From: Candidatus Latescibacterota bacterium | Lineage (GTDB): Bacteria; Latescibacterota; UBA2968; GCA-2709665 | Reading direction: 5' to 3' | Length of the DNA stretch: 64,000 nt | Assembly: GCA_965248435.1 (NCBI GenBank) | Contig: OZ252100.1 | Location: forward strand, 1,824,001 to 1,888,000 | Shown here: positions 1 to 9,307 of the stretch, piece by piece | Layout of the letters: each line of letters starts with the position of its first letter | Position numbering within the stretch: the stretch's first letter is position 1 | Program-made: the position numbers and the translations under genes | The notes under the pieces: generated by a model | Told to the model about the DNA's origin: nothing | Databases searched by the model: none | What the model saw: only the letters and a program-made list of their open reading frames with translations

Positions 1-2
1 CC

Positions 3-1523
3 CTTTTGGTGATCGGGCTCGGTGCGCTTCTCCCACATAGCATGCAACGCGAGGGGAAGTTCAGGTTCGACGAGCGAAAAACGGATGTCGTCACCACCCT
101 GAGCAAAACATTTTCTCCTTCAGACTCCCGGGGTCGCCTCACCGTGTGGGGCCATACGCTGGAAATGGTAATGGACCATCCGCTGCTCGGTGTCGGTCTT
201 GGGTCCTGGCAGTACGAATACCCACGCTACGATCGAGGAGATTGGATCACTCACAACGTGGCCCCCCAGCGCCCCCACAACGACCTCTTGTGGATCCTAT
301 CTGAAACCGGAATCCTCGGTCTTGCCGCTTACTTGTGGATCCTTCTTACGCTGCTGAAAAGTGTTCGCAATAACATCAAGAATCACCCCGACTCACCCCA
401 GACAACGCTGATTCTCGGTATCAGCCTTGGGATCCTCGCCCTCCTTGGACACAGTATGTTCAGTTTCCCCAGGGAGCGACCGGCCCCTTCGATGATGTTT
501 TGGATGGGGTTAGGTCTTGCGGTCCGACTTGCCCAGGATCGCGATTCAGACCCTCAACCCGTTTCGCTGCAGAAACCACTACTCGGCGCCACGGCTGCGC
601 TGGTGGGTGTCGTGTTGATCTGTGGCGTGGTCTTGACCTACCGCCAGGCAAGGTTCGACGCCCACTACCTCCAGGCGCATCTCGCTTGGCGAAAGGAGGC
701 GTGGCCTAGCGTCGCGTCCGAGACTGGAAACGCCCTTCAGTGGGGTCCCTTCAACCACCGTGCCCTCCTGCTCCGGGGAATAGCATACTGGAAGTTGAAC
801 CGCAGCGAGGACGCGGTGGAGGCCTACGGGACCTCGCTCAAGTATCACCCCCACGAGGGCCACGGTGCCCTCGCGGCCGCCTACGCCGATCTTGGCCGCG
901 TTGAGGAAGCTGCCTCCCACTATCGCGTCGAACTCGATCTTTATCCGCGTTCTGCGGCCGCGGCCTACGGCCTTGCGAATGCCCTCGCCTCGAAGAAAGA
1001 TTGGCCCGGGGCATCGGAAGCCTACTTGAAGATCCGGCAGACACGTCCCGATGACCTCGAGGCCAGGTTGGGCCTGGCTGACGCCTACCGACATCTCGAG
1101 CTGTGGACAGAAGCGATCGCGCTATACAGGGGCATCTTGCAGACCGAACGGGCTACGGCCGACATCCAGATCAAGCTGGGGAGCGTCCTGCAGGCAGTTG
1201 GCGATCTGGCTGGCGCGATAAAGGCCTACTCCGAAGCCGTCAGCCTCTCGATGGAGGAGGATCCAAGGCCATACAATAATCTGGGCGCAGTCTACGCACT
1301 GGAGAATCGCTATGGAGAAGCCGAAAAAGCATACAAGAAAGCGCTTGAGCTAGACCCGGACTATGGACGTGCCTACCATAACCTGGGGGACCTCTATGCG
1401 GCACAAGGGAAGGCCAAGCCTGCAATAAGGGCCTATCAAGAATTCATCAAGAGATGGACAGGTGATCCCCGATTCGTCGAGCTCGCCGAAAGCAAGATTC
1501 AGGACCTGAAAGATCGACCCTGA
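3..1523 (+). CDS. O-antigen ligase (Wzy_C) family membrane protein with C-terminal TPR repeats; 5'-truncated by window edge
   Basis: Frame open from window start. Motif R..W..TLEMV.DHPLLGVGLG.W...YP...RPHNDLLWILSETGILG typical of Wzy_C/WaaL; TPR repeats (YNNLGAVY, YHNLGDLY). Stop overlaps next ATG. Confidence 0.85.
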   Translation, partial: LLVIGLGALLPHSMQREGKFRFDERKTDVVTTLSKTFSPSDSRGRLTVWGHTLEMVMDHPLLGVGLGSWQYEYPRYDRGDWITHNVAPQRPHNDLLWILSETGILGLAAYLWILLTLLKSVRNNIKNHPDSPQTTLILGISLGILALLGHSMFSFPRERPAPSMMFWMGLGLAVRLAQDRDSDPQPVSLQKPLLGATAALVGVVLICGVVLTYRQARFDAHYLQAHLAWRKEAWPSVASETGNALQWGPFNHRALLLRGIAYWKLNRSEDAVEAYGTSLKYHPHEGHGALAAAYADLGRVEEAASHYRVELDLYPRSAAAAYGLANALASKKDWPGASEAYLKIRQTRPDDLEARLGLADAYRHLELWTEAIALYRGILQTERATADIQIKLGSVLQAVGDLAGAIKAYSEAVSLSMEEDPRPYNNLGAVYALENRYGEAEKAYKKALELDPDYGRAYHNLGDLYAAQGKAKPAIRAYQEFIKRWTGDPRFVELAESKIQDLKDRP

Positions 1524-3478
1524 TGTCCGACATTCGATCTGAAAAGACCTCCCGTCTTGTGGCCTTTGCCTGCTCGACCCTTCTGGTTCTGGTCCCACTG
1601 ATATACTGGACCAGCCTCAGGGACTATGTCCTTCCCCCAAAACTCATCGTCCTCCAAGCCGTCGTGGCACTGACGTTTGCGGCGTGTCTGATCATCAGAC
1701 CGGAGTCGATCCCTGTCCCTTCCTTCGGCCTGCCAGCCTGTGCCTACCTCATACTCAATTCAGTTTCGGTTCTCTACGCCGCAGATCCCGTCGTCGGCCT
1801 CCACGAATTGAACAAGATGCTGAGCGGTTTTCTGCTCTTCCTGCTCGTCGCCAACTGGCTCCGCCCACGCGACGTTCCCCCAATCCTCGTGGCGGGAGCC
1901 GCGTGCGGAATCCTTGTCTCACTTGTGGGCATCTCAGAGTACCTGGGATGGCGACCCTTTATCATTCCCTCAGCCGGGCTCCCGAGCGCAACCTTCGGAT
2001 ACCGAAACCTGGCCGCTATGTACCTGATCCAGTCTATCCCGCTTTGCATCGGGTTGTTCGCGATTGCGCGCTCGAGAGGAATCGCGGTCCTGGCCGCTTC
2101 GTCCGGGGCGCTCATGCTCGTCTTCCTGATCTACACGAGAACGCGGGGTGCCTGGGCCGGCCTGATCGGAAGCTTGTTGATCACACTGGTCATCTGGACC
2201 GCAACACGATCACGAAGGCCTATCTCGCACGCGCGTTTGTCCGTCGCGAAGAAGATCAGCGCCGTTGGGGCCATCCTCCTCGTCGCGGCCATCGGCTGGC
2301 TGCCCTCCAACCTGCCCAAAATCGGGCCTCAGAGTATCGACGAAAAGAAGGCATCGATCGCTACGGCCTTCACATCCGTAGCCGAGCAAGGGGCTGGTCG
2401 GGGCCGCCTCATCCTGTGGAAGCATACATTGGAGATGGTCCAGGATCACGCAGCCCTCGGCGTCGGCCTGGGCAACTGGGCGGTACACTATCCTCTTTAC
2501 GACCGGGGAGACCCAATCACCTTCTCCGCCGCGCCGGAGCGTCCTCACAACGACGCCCTCTGGATTCTCTCCGAGGTCGGCCTTCTGGGATTCATATGCT
2601 ATATCTGGCTAGCGATTTTGGTCCTCAAGGCCGTTTGGAGACACCTGGCTTCGTCGAATCAGCAGACCCGATGGATGGCCGCCGCCTGTTTTGCGAGTCT
2701 CCTGGCCATATCGGGACACAGCCTCTTTTCGTTTCCTCGGGAACGGATTCCGCCCACCATGCTCTTCTGGTTGAGTCTGGGGCTCCTGGCTGCACTGGAG
2801 AGACCCGCTCGTAGGGTCTGGAGGGCCTCCGCGACCCGGGTGATGCTCATCCTGGCCCTCTTGCTGGCCCTCCTCCAGTTCCGGTTCACGATGCGCGTGT
2901 GTGACTTCGAAGCTCACACGCAGGCCGCGAGAAACGCGCAGCTCGAAAACGACATGCCCAAAATGTCTCACGAAGCGGCGGCAGCACTCGACGCGGGGGC
3001 CTTCCATCCAGAGGCGATTCACTTGAAGGGCTATGCGTTAAACCAAATGGGGGAATTTCCGAAATCCAGAGACCTGTATCGTTCAGCCCTTCATAAGCGG
3101 CCGTACGATATCCAACTGCTCAACGGAATGGCCATCGCCTCTCAAAATATCGGACACCACGAGGAGGCACTCGGTCTTTATGGCCGAGCGCTCGAGCTGA
3201 TACCGAATCTTATCGATATCCGCTACAACCAGGGTGGGCTCTACACAAAAATGGGTCGCCTGACCGAAGCGATCAACGTCTATCAAAAAATCATTGAGCA
3301 GCGGCCCGAAGAAGCTCAGGCTCATTTTGCCCTGGGTGATCTGTCTAACCGCCTGGGACGCCTCCTGGACGCTGTGGAGTCATACAGGGCCTTCCTCAAA
3401 TACTGGAAGGGTGACGCCCGATATGTAGAAATGGCCCAAACTCGAATTTCAAGAATTGAATCTTTGAAGATGAGATGA
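1523..3478 (+). CDS. O-antigen ligase family membrane protein with C-terminal TPRs
   Basis: Many TM helices; SATFGYRN, YTRTRGAW, LGVGLGNW, RPHNDALW motifs; TPR tail; TGATG coupling with upstream gene. Confidence 0.88.
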   Translation: MSDIRSEKTSRLVAFACSTLLVLVPLIYWTSLRDYVLPPKLIVLQAVVALTFAACLIIRPESIPVPSFGLPACAYLILNSVSVLYAADPVVGLHELNKMLSGFLLFLLVANWLRPRDVPPILVAGAACGILVSLVGISEYLGWRPFIIPSAGLPSATFGYRNLAAMYLIQSIPLCIGLFAIARSRGIAVLAASSGALMLVFLIYTRTRGAWAGLIGSLLITLVIWTATRSRRPISHARLSVAKKISAVGAILLVAAIGWLPSNLPKIGPQSIDEKKASIATAFTSVAEQGAGRGRLILWKHTLEMVQDHAALGVGLGNWAVHYPLYDRGDPITFSAAPERPHNDALWILSEVGLLGFICYIWLAILVLKAVWRHLASSNQQTRWMAAACFASLLAISGHSLFSFPRERIPPTMLFWLSLGLLAALERPARRVWRASATRVMLILALLLALLQFRFTMRVCDFEAHTQAARNAQLENDMPKMSHEAAAALDAGAFHPEAIHLKGYALNQMGEFPKSRDLYRSALHKRPYDIQLLNGMAIASQNIGHHEEALGLYGRALELIPNLIDIRYNQGGLYTKMGRLTEAINVYQKIIEQRPEEAQAHFALGDLSNRLGRLLDAVESYRAFLKYWKGDARYVEMAQTRISRIESLKMR

Positions 3479-5775
3479 GGAATCCTGTGTCCCGAACCGC
3501 CAAGCTGGGCTCGACACTGATCACCGTTTCCCTTTCTGCGATGGTCGTGTCCGTGCCCCTTGTCTACATGGAAGGCGTGTATGAGTACGCCCTCTTGCCG
3601 AAACGCCTGGCCCTTCACCTTTTCATCACACTCGCCCTGATCGGCTGGTTCCTCCAATCCGGTTTGGGAAAAGACTTCAGACAGTGTTCAAGCCCGCTCC
3701 ACTTACCGATCATCTGTCTGCTGTGCGCCGCCCTGCTTTCCACGCCACGGACAACGCACCCGCTCGACTCCCTTGTACAGCTGGCGTATCAGGGGAGCTT
3801 CCTTGCCCTGTTCTGGATCGCAGCCCACGCGATGTCCGTCGGGCGCCTGGTAACACTCCTCTGGGCGAACGCTATTGTCGGTCTCCTCGTTGCCGTGATC
3901 GGCATCCTCCAGTACCAGGGTCTGGAGATTTTGCTGCGCATTCCCTCGAACGGCCAGCCGAGTGCAACCTTTGGTTACCGCAATTTCGCAGCCATGTACC
4001 TCGTCTGCGCCCTCCCGCTGAACGGAATTCTCTTTCTCACGACTCGCAGGGTGGCAGGCCTTCTTCTTTCCTCCGCTTCAGTGACCTTAATGGGCGTCTA
4101 TCTCATCTATACACGAACACGGGGCGCCTGGGCTGGTGCGATGGGAGCACTTCTCATTGTTGCCACAACGGTTGCCCTATACCCCGGTCTTCGGCAAACC
4201 CTTGTGAGTGCGCTGCGCGCAGGACGATGGCCGCTGAAGAGAAACCTCATAATCGGAGGCATTCTCTTTTGGATTATCCTTGGCGTCCTCCCCGCCCGCT
4301 TCCAGGGGATCGGACTGCAGCGCTTCGATGAGAAGAAGGCCGGAATTGGTTCAACAATCGCGTCTCTTACTCGTGGACGACCGGATCGCGGCCGTTTGGC
4401 AATGTGGCGAAATACCATCGACATGATTCGGGACAAACCCCTTCTCGGCGTGGGCCCCGGAGGCTGGAAGCGCGTTTACCCGGCTTACGACAGAGGAGCC
4501 ATGATCCGGCCCGATTCGTCTCCTAAACGCCCTCACAACGACTACCTCTGGATCGCCTCCGACCTCGGACTGATCGGTCTTGGCGTCACCCTATGGTTTC
4601 TGGTCGTCCTGTTTCGATCGCTCCTTGAGCTATCTCGGCATCCACTGGAATTCTGGCGCCTGACTGCCCCTATGTTCGCAATCTCCTTGCTGGCCACCTT
4701 CGGCCATGCCCTCTTCAGCTTTCCTCGTGAACAGCCACAAGCCGCCATGTACCCATATCTCCTTGCGGGGATCGTCGCGAGTGTCGTGTCGACACATCGA
4801 GTTAGAGCCGCTCCCGCATTTCTTTCTCCGCTTGCCCTCGGGTTGCTTTTCACCCTTCCACTTTCCGCTGGATGGCTTACCGCACGTCAGATCGGGTTCG
4901 ACAGACATTACCTTCAGGCCCACGTCGCCGAAGATCGGAGTGACTGGACGGATATGCTCCAGGCAAGCGAGGCTGCGGCGGACTACGGGATCTTTCGCCC
5001 CCACGTACTTGTGATTCAGGGAAGAGGTGAGGAAAAGAAAGGGAGGTACGACAAAGCGGAGAAGGCCTACCAGAGCGCCCTCGACTATGAACCTCACTCC
5101 TGGCACGCCTATAACGGGCTTGGCGTGGTATACAAGCGGCAACAGCGATACCAGGAGGCGCTCCACGCCTACAAACAGGCGCTGGAGATCTTTCCGTCGG
5201 CCCCCGCTGTGAGAAATAACCTGGGCGCGCTCTACCGGAGCTTGGGTGACCTGAAACGTGCGGAGGCGGAATATCGCTACGTGCTTCGCGGCGACCCGAC
5301 CAACGCGGGAACTCTGAACAACCTGGGGAATATTTACAAGGCCCGGGGTCAGCTGGACGATGCCAGGGTGACCTATTTGAAAGCGATCGAGAGCGACTCG
5401 ACGCTCGCGACCGCACACTTCAACCTGGCCGATCTTTATCGCCTGGAGGGTTCGTCCGGCGAGGCCATCACATACTATTTGAAGGCCGCCCGCTTGGCCC
5501 CACGCAACGCCTCGATCCCCTGGGGACTGGGGATGGCGCTTGAAGCAAGCGGAGACCTCGACGGGGCGGAATCGGCTTACCGCGAGGCCATTGCCATTCG
5601 CTACGATTTTCCGGAGGCCTACTTCAACCTGGGAAACGTGCTGTTCACGAGACACCTCTACAGGGAGGCCCTCGATGCCTATCGCAGCTTTATTGGCATT
5701 TGGGAAGGAGAGTTGAAATTCGAGAAATTTGCGAGGTCAAGAATCGAGGAGTGCGTCAAGAGGATAAAAAAATAG
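3475..5775 (+). CDS. O-antigen ligase family membrane protein with long TPR array
   Basis: Same motifs (SATFGYRN, YTRTRGAW, LGVGPGGW, RPHNDYLW); multiple TPRs (YNGLGVVY, NNLGALY, NNLGNIY, FNLGNVL); ATGA overlap. Confidence 0.88.
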   Translation: MRNPVSRTAKLGSTLITVSLSAMVVSVPLVYMEGVYEYALLPKRLALHLFITLALIGWFLQSGLGKDFRQCSSPLHLPIICLLCAALLSTPRTTHPLDSLVQLAYQGSFLALFWIAAHAMSVGRLVTLLWANAIVGLLVAVIGILQYQGLEILLRIPSNGQPSATFGYRNFAAMYLVCALPLNGILFLTTRRVAGLLLSSASVTLMGVYLIYTRTRGAWAGAMGALLIVATTVALYPGLRQTLVSALRAGRWPLKRNLIIGGILFWIILGVLPARFQGIGLQRFDEKKAGIGSTIASLTRGRPDRGRLAMWRNTIDMIRDKPLLGVGPGGWKRVYPAYDRGAMIRPDSSPKRPHNDYLWIASDLGLIGLGVTLWFLVVLFRSLLELSRHPLEFWRLTAPMFAISLLATFGHALFSFPREQPQAAMYPYLLAGIVASVVSTHRVRAAPAFLSPLALGLLFTLPLSAGWLTARQIGFDRHYLQAHVAEDRSDWTDMLQASEAAADYGIFRPHVLVIQGRGEEKKGRYDKAEKAYQSALDYEPHSWHAYNGLGVVYKRQQRYQEALHAYKQALEIFPSAPAVRNNLGALYRSLGDLKRAEAEYRYVLRGDPTNAGTLNNLGNIYKARGQLDDARVTYLKAIESDSTLATAHFNLADLYRLEGSSGEAITYYLKAARLAPRNASIPWGLGMALEASGDLDGAESAYREAIAIRYDFPEAYFNLGNVLFTRHLYREALDAYRSFIGIWEGELKFEKFARSRIEECVKRIKK

Positions 5776-5798
5776 GGGTGCGAAAGCGCACCCCTTTG
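5765..5798. terminator. Intrinsic terminator, probably bidirectional
   Basis: Perfect 9-bp stem AGGGGTGCG/CGCACCCCT (5774-5795), TTT after on + strand and a 7-T run on - strand; lies between convergent genes. Confidence 0.75.
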
Positions 5799-5825
5799 TG
5801 GACAATTCAGAACTTATGTAATATT

Positions 5826-5951
5826 CTACCTGGGATTCCAGAAGCTGTCGAATCGTCGGGACTTCTGATCCTGGTATTCGACGACCACGAGCGACAGAAC
5901 GCCCAGTACGACGATGGAAACCCCGATGAATGGAATGATCCAGAGACCCAT
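5826..5951 (-). CDS. Small single-pass membrane protein (41 aa), absent from ORF track
   Basis: Manual translation MGLWIIPFIGVSIVVLGVLSLVVVEYQDQKSRRFDSFWNPR*; TAAGG SD-like sequence upstream; minus-strand terminator just downstream. Confidence 0.6.
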   Translation of the reverse strand: MGLWIIPFIGVSIVVLGVLSLVVVEYQDQKSRRFDSFWNPR

Positions 5952-5964
5952 AACCGTGCCTTAT

Positions 5965-5988
5965 TTAGGGCTGATATTAGGGCTGATA
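5965..5988. repeat. 12-bp perfect tandem direct repeat TTAGGGCTGATA x2
   Basis: Seen directly in the divergent intergenic region between the small ORF and rpsT. Confidence 0.7.
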
Positions 5989-6139
5989 GTTGCTTCGGCC
6001 CTCCTGTCGTATCTTATCGGCATATCGGACGCCAATCTTTTGCAAAAATTGAGTTGTGTAGGACGCGTTGTCTTGTTACATTTCACTCCGTAAAAGGGAA
6101 GTTGCGACACCTATTAAGTTATAGGGAAGGAGTCAATCG

Positions 6140-6397
6140 TTGCCTCAACTTAAATCCTCACGGAAACGGCTCAGGCAGATGCAAAAGGTCCGAGCGCGGA
6201 ATAGGAGCGTTCGCACGCTGGTACGTGGGACCCTCAAGAGAGTCCGAAATGCGCCCAGTAAGTCTGAAGCGGAGGCCCTCTTGCCTCAGGCCCAGTCGGC
6301 AGTTGACAGAAGCGTTAAGAAGGGCGTCGTCCATAAGAAGGTCGCCGCTCGCTATAAGTCCAGGTTAACGCGGTTCGTCAGAGCTATGGAAGCCTAG
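6140..6397 (+). CDS. rpsT: 30S ribosomal protein S20
   Basis: MP..KS..KR.RQ..K.R.RN....R..RT..K and KGVVHK..AARYKSRL signatures; TTG start with AGGAG SD. Confidence 0.95.
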   Translation: MPQLKSSRKRLRQMQKVRARNRSVRTLVRGTLKRVRNAPSKSEAEALLPQAQSAVDRSVKKGVVHKKVAARYKSRLTRFVRAMEA

Positions 6398-6418
6398 GAA
6401 CGGCAAAAGAAGAAACAC

Positions 6419-6454
6419 GAAAGGGCCCGGTTGCGGATACCGGGCCCTTTTTTT
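6419..6454 (+). terminator. Intrinsic terminator after rpsT (likely bidirectional with cysK)
   Basis: Stem AAGGGCCCGGT/ACCGGGCCCTT followed by a T run. Confidence 0.85.
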
Positions 6455-6486
6455 ACGATCGATGGATCTGATTCTACGGCGCGATC

Positions 6487-7416
6487 TTACCCGAAAAGAA
6501 ACGACCCGAGATAGCGCTCTCCAGTATCGCACACCACGATCACGACCCGCTTTCCTTTACCCAATTCCACGGCGATTTGAATCCCAGCGTGTGCAATCGC
6601 GCCGGACGAGATCCCCGACAGGATCCCTTCCTCCCTTGCGAGGCGTCTGGCCATCGAGCGTGCATCGGTGTTCGAAACGGAGACAACGCGATCGAAGACG
6701 TCCAGGTTCAAGACGGAAGGGACGAACCCGGCGCCAAGGCCGTCGATCTCTGTAGGTCCAGGGTCCCCTCCTGATAGAACGGCTGAATCTTCAGGCTCCA
6801 CAGCCACAACCAGCACATCCGAGCGATTCTCCTTCAGCACTTCCCCTACCCCCGTGATCGTACCGCCCGTCCCGACGCCTGCGACAAACGCATCCGGAGC
6901 CCCCCCAAATTGGTCCAGAATCTCCCTGGCCGTCGTCTGCCGATGGACCTCCGGATTTGCCGGGTTCTCGAACTGCTGGGGCATGAAGCACGATTTGCGG
7001 TCGGACATGATTTCCATAGCCTTGTCTATGGTCCCCTTCATTCCATCGTAATTCGGCGTCAAGACGACCTCAGCTCCAAACGCCTTCAGAAGCATTTGCC
7101 GCTCCTGGCTCACACCCTCCGGCATCGTGATGATCAGGTTGTAGCCCTTTACAGCGGCAACCATCGCGAGCCCGATGCCGGTGTTTCCGCTCGTCGGCTC
7201 AACGATCGTCATCCCTGGCTTCAGGTCCCCGCTCTGTTCTGCAGCCTCGATCATCGCGTGTGCGATCCGGTCCTTCACGCTTCCGGCCGGGTTGAAAGAC
7301 TCCAGTTTCGCCCACGTTTCGGCCGCATCGTCAGGAACGACCCTGTTGAGGCGCACGACAGGCGTCGAACCGATAAGGTCCAGGACAGAATGACCTCTTT
7401 TGTTTTCCATCCGCAC
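6487..7416 (-). CDS. cysK: Cysteine synthase A (O-acetylserine sulfhydrylase)
   Basis: KLESFNPAGSVKDRIA (PLP Lys), EPTSGNTGIGLA, QQFENPANP, GVGTGGT, DTGERYL. Confidence 0.92.
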   Translation of the reverse strand: MRMENKRGHSVLDLIGSTPVVRLNRVVPDDAAETWAKLESFNPAGSVKDRIAHAMIEAAEQSGDLKPGMTIVEPTSGNTGIGLAMVAAVKGYNLIITMPEGVSQERQMLLKAFGAEVVLTPNYDGMKGTIDKAMEIMSDRKSCFMPQQFENPANPEVHRQTTAREILDQFGGAPDAFVAGVGTGGTITGVGEVLKENRSDVLVVAVEPEDSAVLSGGDPGPTEIDGLGAGFVPSVLNLDVFDRVVSVSNTDARSMARRLAREEGILSGISSGAIAHAGIQIAVELGKGKRVVIVVCDTGERYLGSFLFG

Positions 7417-7851
7417 CTAGATTCGGAATACGAGGCTCTCGCGACGGACTCGGTCCCGTCGGCAAAGATCCTCGAATGTGATGGAAGAAATTACTCTATC
7501 AATGGCACCTTCTACTTCGTCCCATACTTCACGCAGGACATCCCCTTCGACGTCAACCCTCACTCCGCCTTCCTTCTGGCCCACGAGGTCGATCGGACCC
7601 TCGAGCGCGACGAGAACCTCTCCGACGGAGACCTCGCGGGGACGCATCGCCAAGACGTGTCCCCCCTTCGGCCCGCGAACGCTGCGCACGACACCTGCCT
7701 TCCGTAGCAGATTTAGAAGCTGAACGAGATAGGACTCTGGGATGTTCTGCCGTGAGGCGATATCCGCACTTTGCACGTATCCCCGGCCCTCGTGCAACGC
7801 GAGATCGAGAACCGCCTTGATTCCGTAGTTGCCCTTTGCAGATATATGCAT
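7417..7851 (-). CDS. Rrf2-family transcriptional regulator (CymR-like; lacks IscR Fe-S Cys triad)
   Basis: IASRQNIPESYLVQLL..LRKAG.V.SVRGPKGG..LA wHTH; only one Cys; adjacent to cysK. Confidence 0.88.
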   Translation of the reverse strand: MHISAKGNYGIKAVLDLALHEGRGYVQSADIASRQNIPESYLVQLLNLLRKAGVVRSVRGPKGGHVLAMRPREVSVGEVLVALEGPIDLVGQKEGGVRVDVEGDVLREVWDEVEGAIDRVISSITFEDLCRRDRVRRESLVFRI

Positions 7852-7902
7852 TTCGGCGGCCTCCAGAGAGTCACTTCCTGGTGAATACGCCGGTGCGAAC
7901 CA

Positions 7903-8184
7903 CTACGAACGCCCTCCGGCAATCGCCGGGACAATCGTCACACTGTCCCCGTCCTTGAGGGGCGTATCGGAGCCCTCCAGGAAACGGATATCCTCCTCGT
8001 TCACATAAACGTTCACAAATCTTCTGATCTGTCCCGATTCATCTACCAGCTGCCCCTTTATACCTGGGTGTTTCGCTTCCAGGTTATCGATCAATTCCCC
8101 TGCCGTCTTTCCCGGAATCTCCACATCAGCCTGGTCGCCGGTGTACTTTCTCAACGGTGTGGGAATACGCACGGTCACGCTCAT
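7903..8184 (-). CDS. MoaD/ThiS-family ubiquitin-like sulfur carrier (CysO-like) ending in GG-RS
   Basis: [47 protein letters not shown]; ATG at 8184 with GGAGG SD (ORF-track start at 8349 is over-extended). Confidence 0.92.
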   Translation of the reverse strand: MSVTVRIPTPLRKYTGDQADVEIPGKTAGELIDNLEAKHPGIKGQLVDESGQIRRFVNVYVNEEDIRFLEGSDTPLKDGDSVTIVPAIAGGRS

Positions 8185-8242
8185 CCTGGGCACCTCCTTC
8201 TTCTTGCAGCTTGTTATTCCTGCTTGAGTTAACGGTTCGAAC

Positions 8243-9253
8243 TCATCCGCGCCACCTAACATTGCTTTCCACTCGCCTGGCCAGTTGTTCAAACAGATCT
8301 TCGCGCTTCCCCTCTCCCGGGGGAAGGTGTTCTCGTATTTTCGTGTCATACTCGCTCAGGACCTCCCTGCCGTTCGAAAGGGCGTCGGAAGCGAAATTCC
8401 CCGCAAACTCACCGCTCACGACCGCAGTAGAAATACCCCCGCCACCGAACGGAACGGAAATGCCACCCGCGCCACCCGCCAGAATGATATTCTCCTCACG
8501 GAGGCATGGAACCATCCCGTCGATCGGCACAAGACCACCCGTACACCCGAGGATGCCCCTGGCATAGACCCGTCCCTCCGCTTCTCGGCCGCGCAGGAAT
8601 CGCTGGAGATTCTCCTTGAGAAATCGAGCTCGTTCACGGCGGACCGCGACGCCTATCCTGGCGGTTCTCCCGGATGGGACGAACCACATGCAGCAATCCT
8701 CCTGCTCCCACGGACTATGGAATTCAACCCAGGCTTCCGGCCTTCGCAAACCGACTTCGTATTGCAGCGTGGCCAAGAAATTTTGGTTCCTTTGCCCTAT
8801 TGATCTCCCGACTACAGAACCCGGGCCATCTGTACCTAGAATGATCTTCCCTCCAAAGGCGGCCTCCAGACCGTTTCGACGGAAGATTACCCGACCTTTT
8901 TCGCATCGCAGAACAAGGGCATTGGCAAGATCAGCGCCGGCTTCAAGGGCCCGAATCGCAAGCGTCTTGTCCAGCCGCATTCGGTCCAGCACGTAACCGG
9001 GGGACTTGACTTCCTTCCAGCCTGTGCCGGGCTCCTTCAATCGAATCCCGTCCACGTGCTGGAGGACCGCACTGTCATCGAACCCCGTTCGTTCGCGAAG
9101 CCAGTCCGGAACGTATCCCGCACAGCGGGCCGGCATCCCAACCGAACGTCTCCTGTCCACGATCATAACGGAGAAACCCCGTTCGGCCGCCACGCGAGCA
9201 GCCGTGGCTCCGGCAGGCCCGCATCCGATCACCAGCAGATCAAACAGGTCCAG
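8243..9253 (-). CDS. Geranylgeranyl-reductase-family FAD-dependent oxidoreductase
   Basis: [18 protein letters not shown] motif, LDR..LD..LA..A..AGA, GTDG.GS.V. Start inferred at CTG 9253 with GAGGGG SD; GTG 9232 would cut the first beta strand. Confidence 0.75.
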   Translation of the reverse strand: MDLFDLLVIGCGPAGATAARVAAERGFSVMIVDRRRSVGMPARCAGYVPDWLRERTGFDDSAVLQHVDGIRLKEPGTGWKEVKSPGYVLDRMRLDKTLAIRALEAGADLANALVLRCEKGRVIFRRNGLEAAFGGKIILGTDGPGSVVGRSIGQRNQNFLATLQYEVGLRRPEAWVEFHSPWEQEDCCMWFVPSGRTARIGVAVRRERARFLKENLQRFLRGREAEGRVYARGILGCTGGLVPIDGMVPCLREENIILAGGAGGISVPFGGGGISTAVVSGEFAGNFASDALSNGREVLSEYDTKIREHLPPGEGKREDLFEQLARRVESNVRWRG

Positions 9254-9307
9254 GTTGGCGCCCCTCGGTAAGGCCCTTCATCCAGAGGGCGAACTGGCAG
9301 TTTCTCT

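Noticed and set aside
5700-6368. 222-aa plus-strand ORF
   Set aside because: Overlaps the TPR gene end, a terminator, the small minus ORF and rpsT; no protein-like motifs.
8185-8349. N-terminal extension of the sulfur carrier in the ORF track
   Set aside because: Overlaps the GGR-like gene; GGAGG SD and family alignment support ATG 8184.
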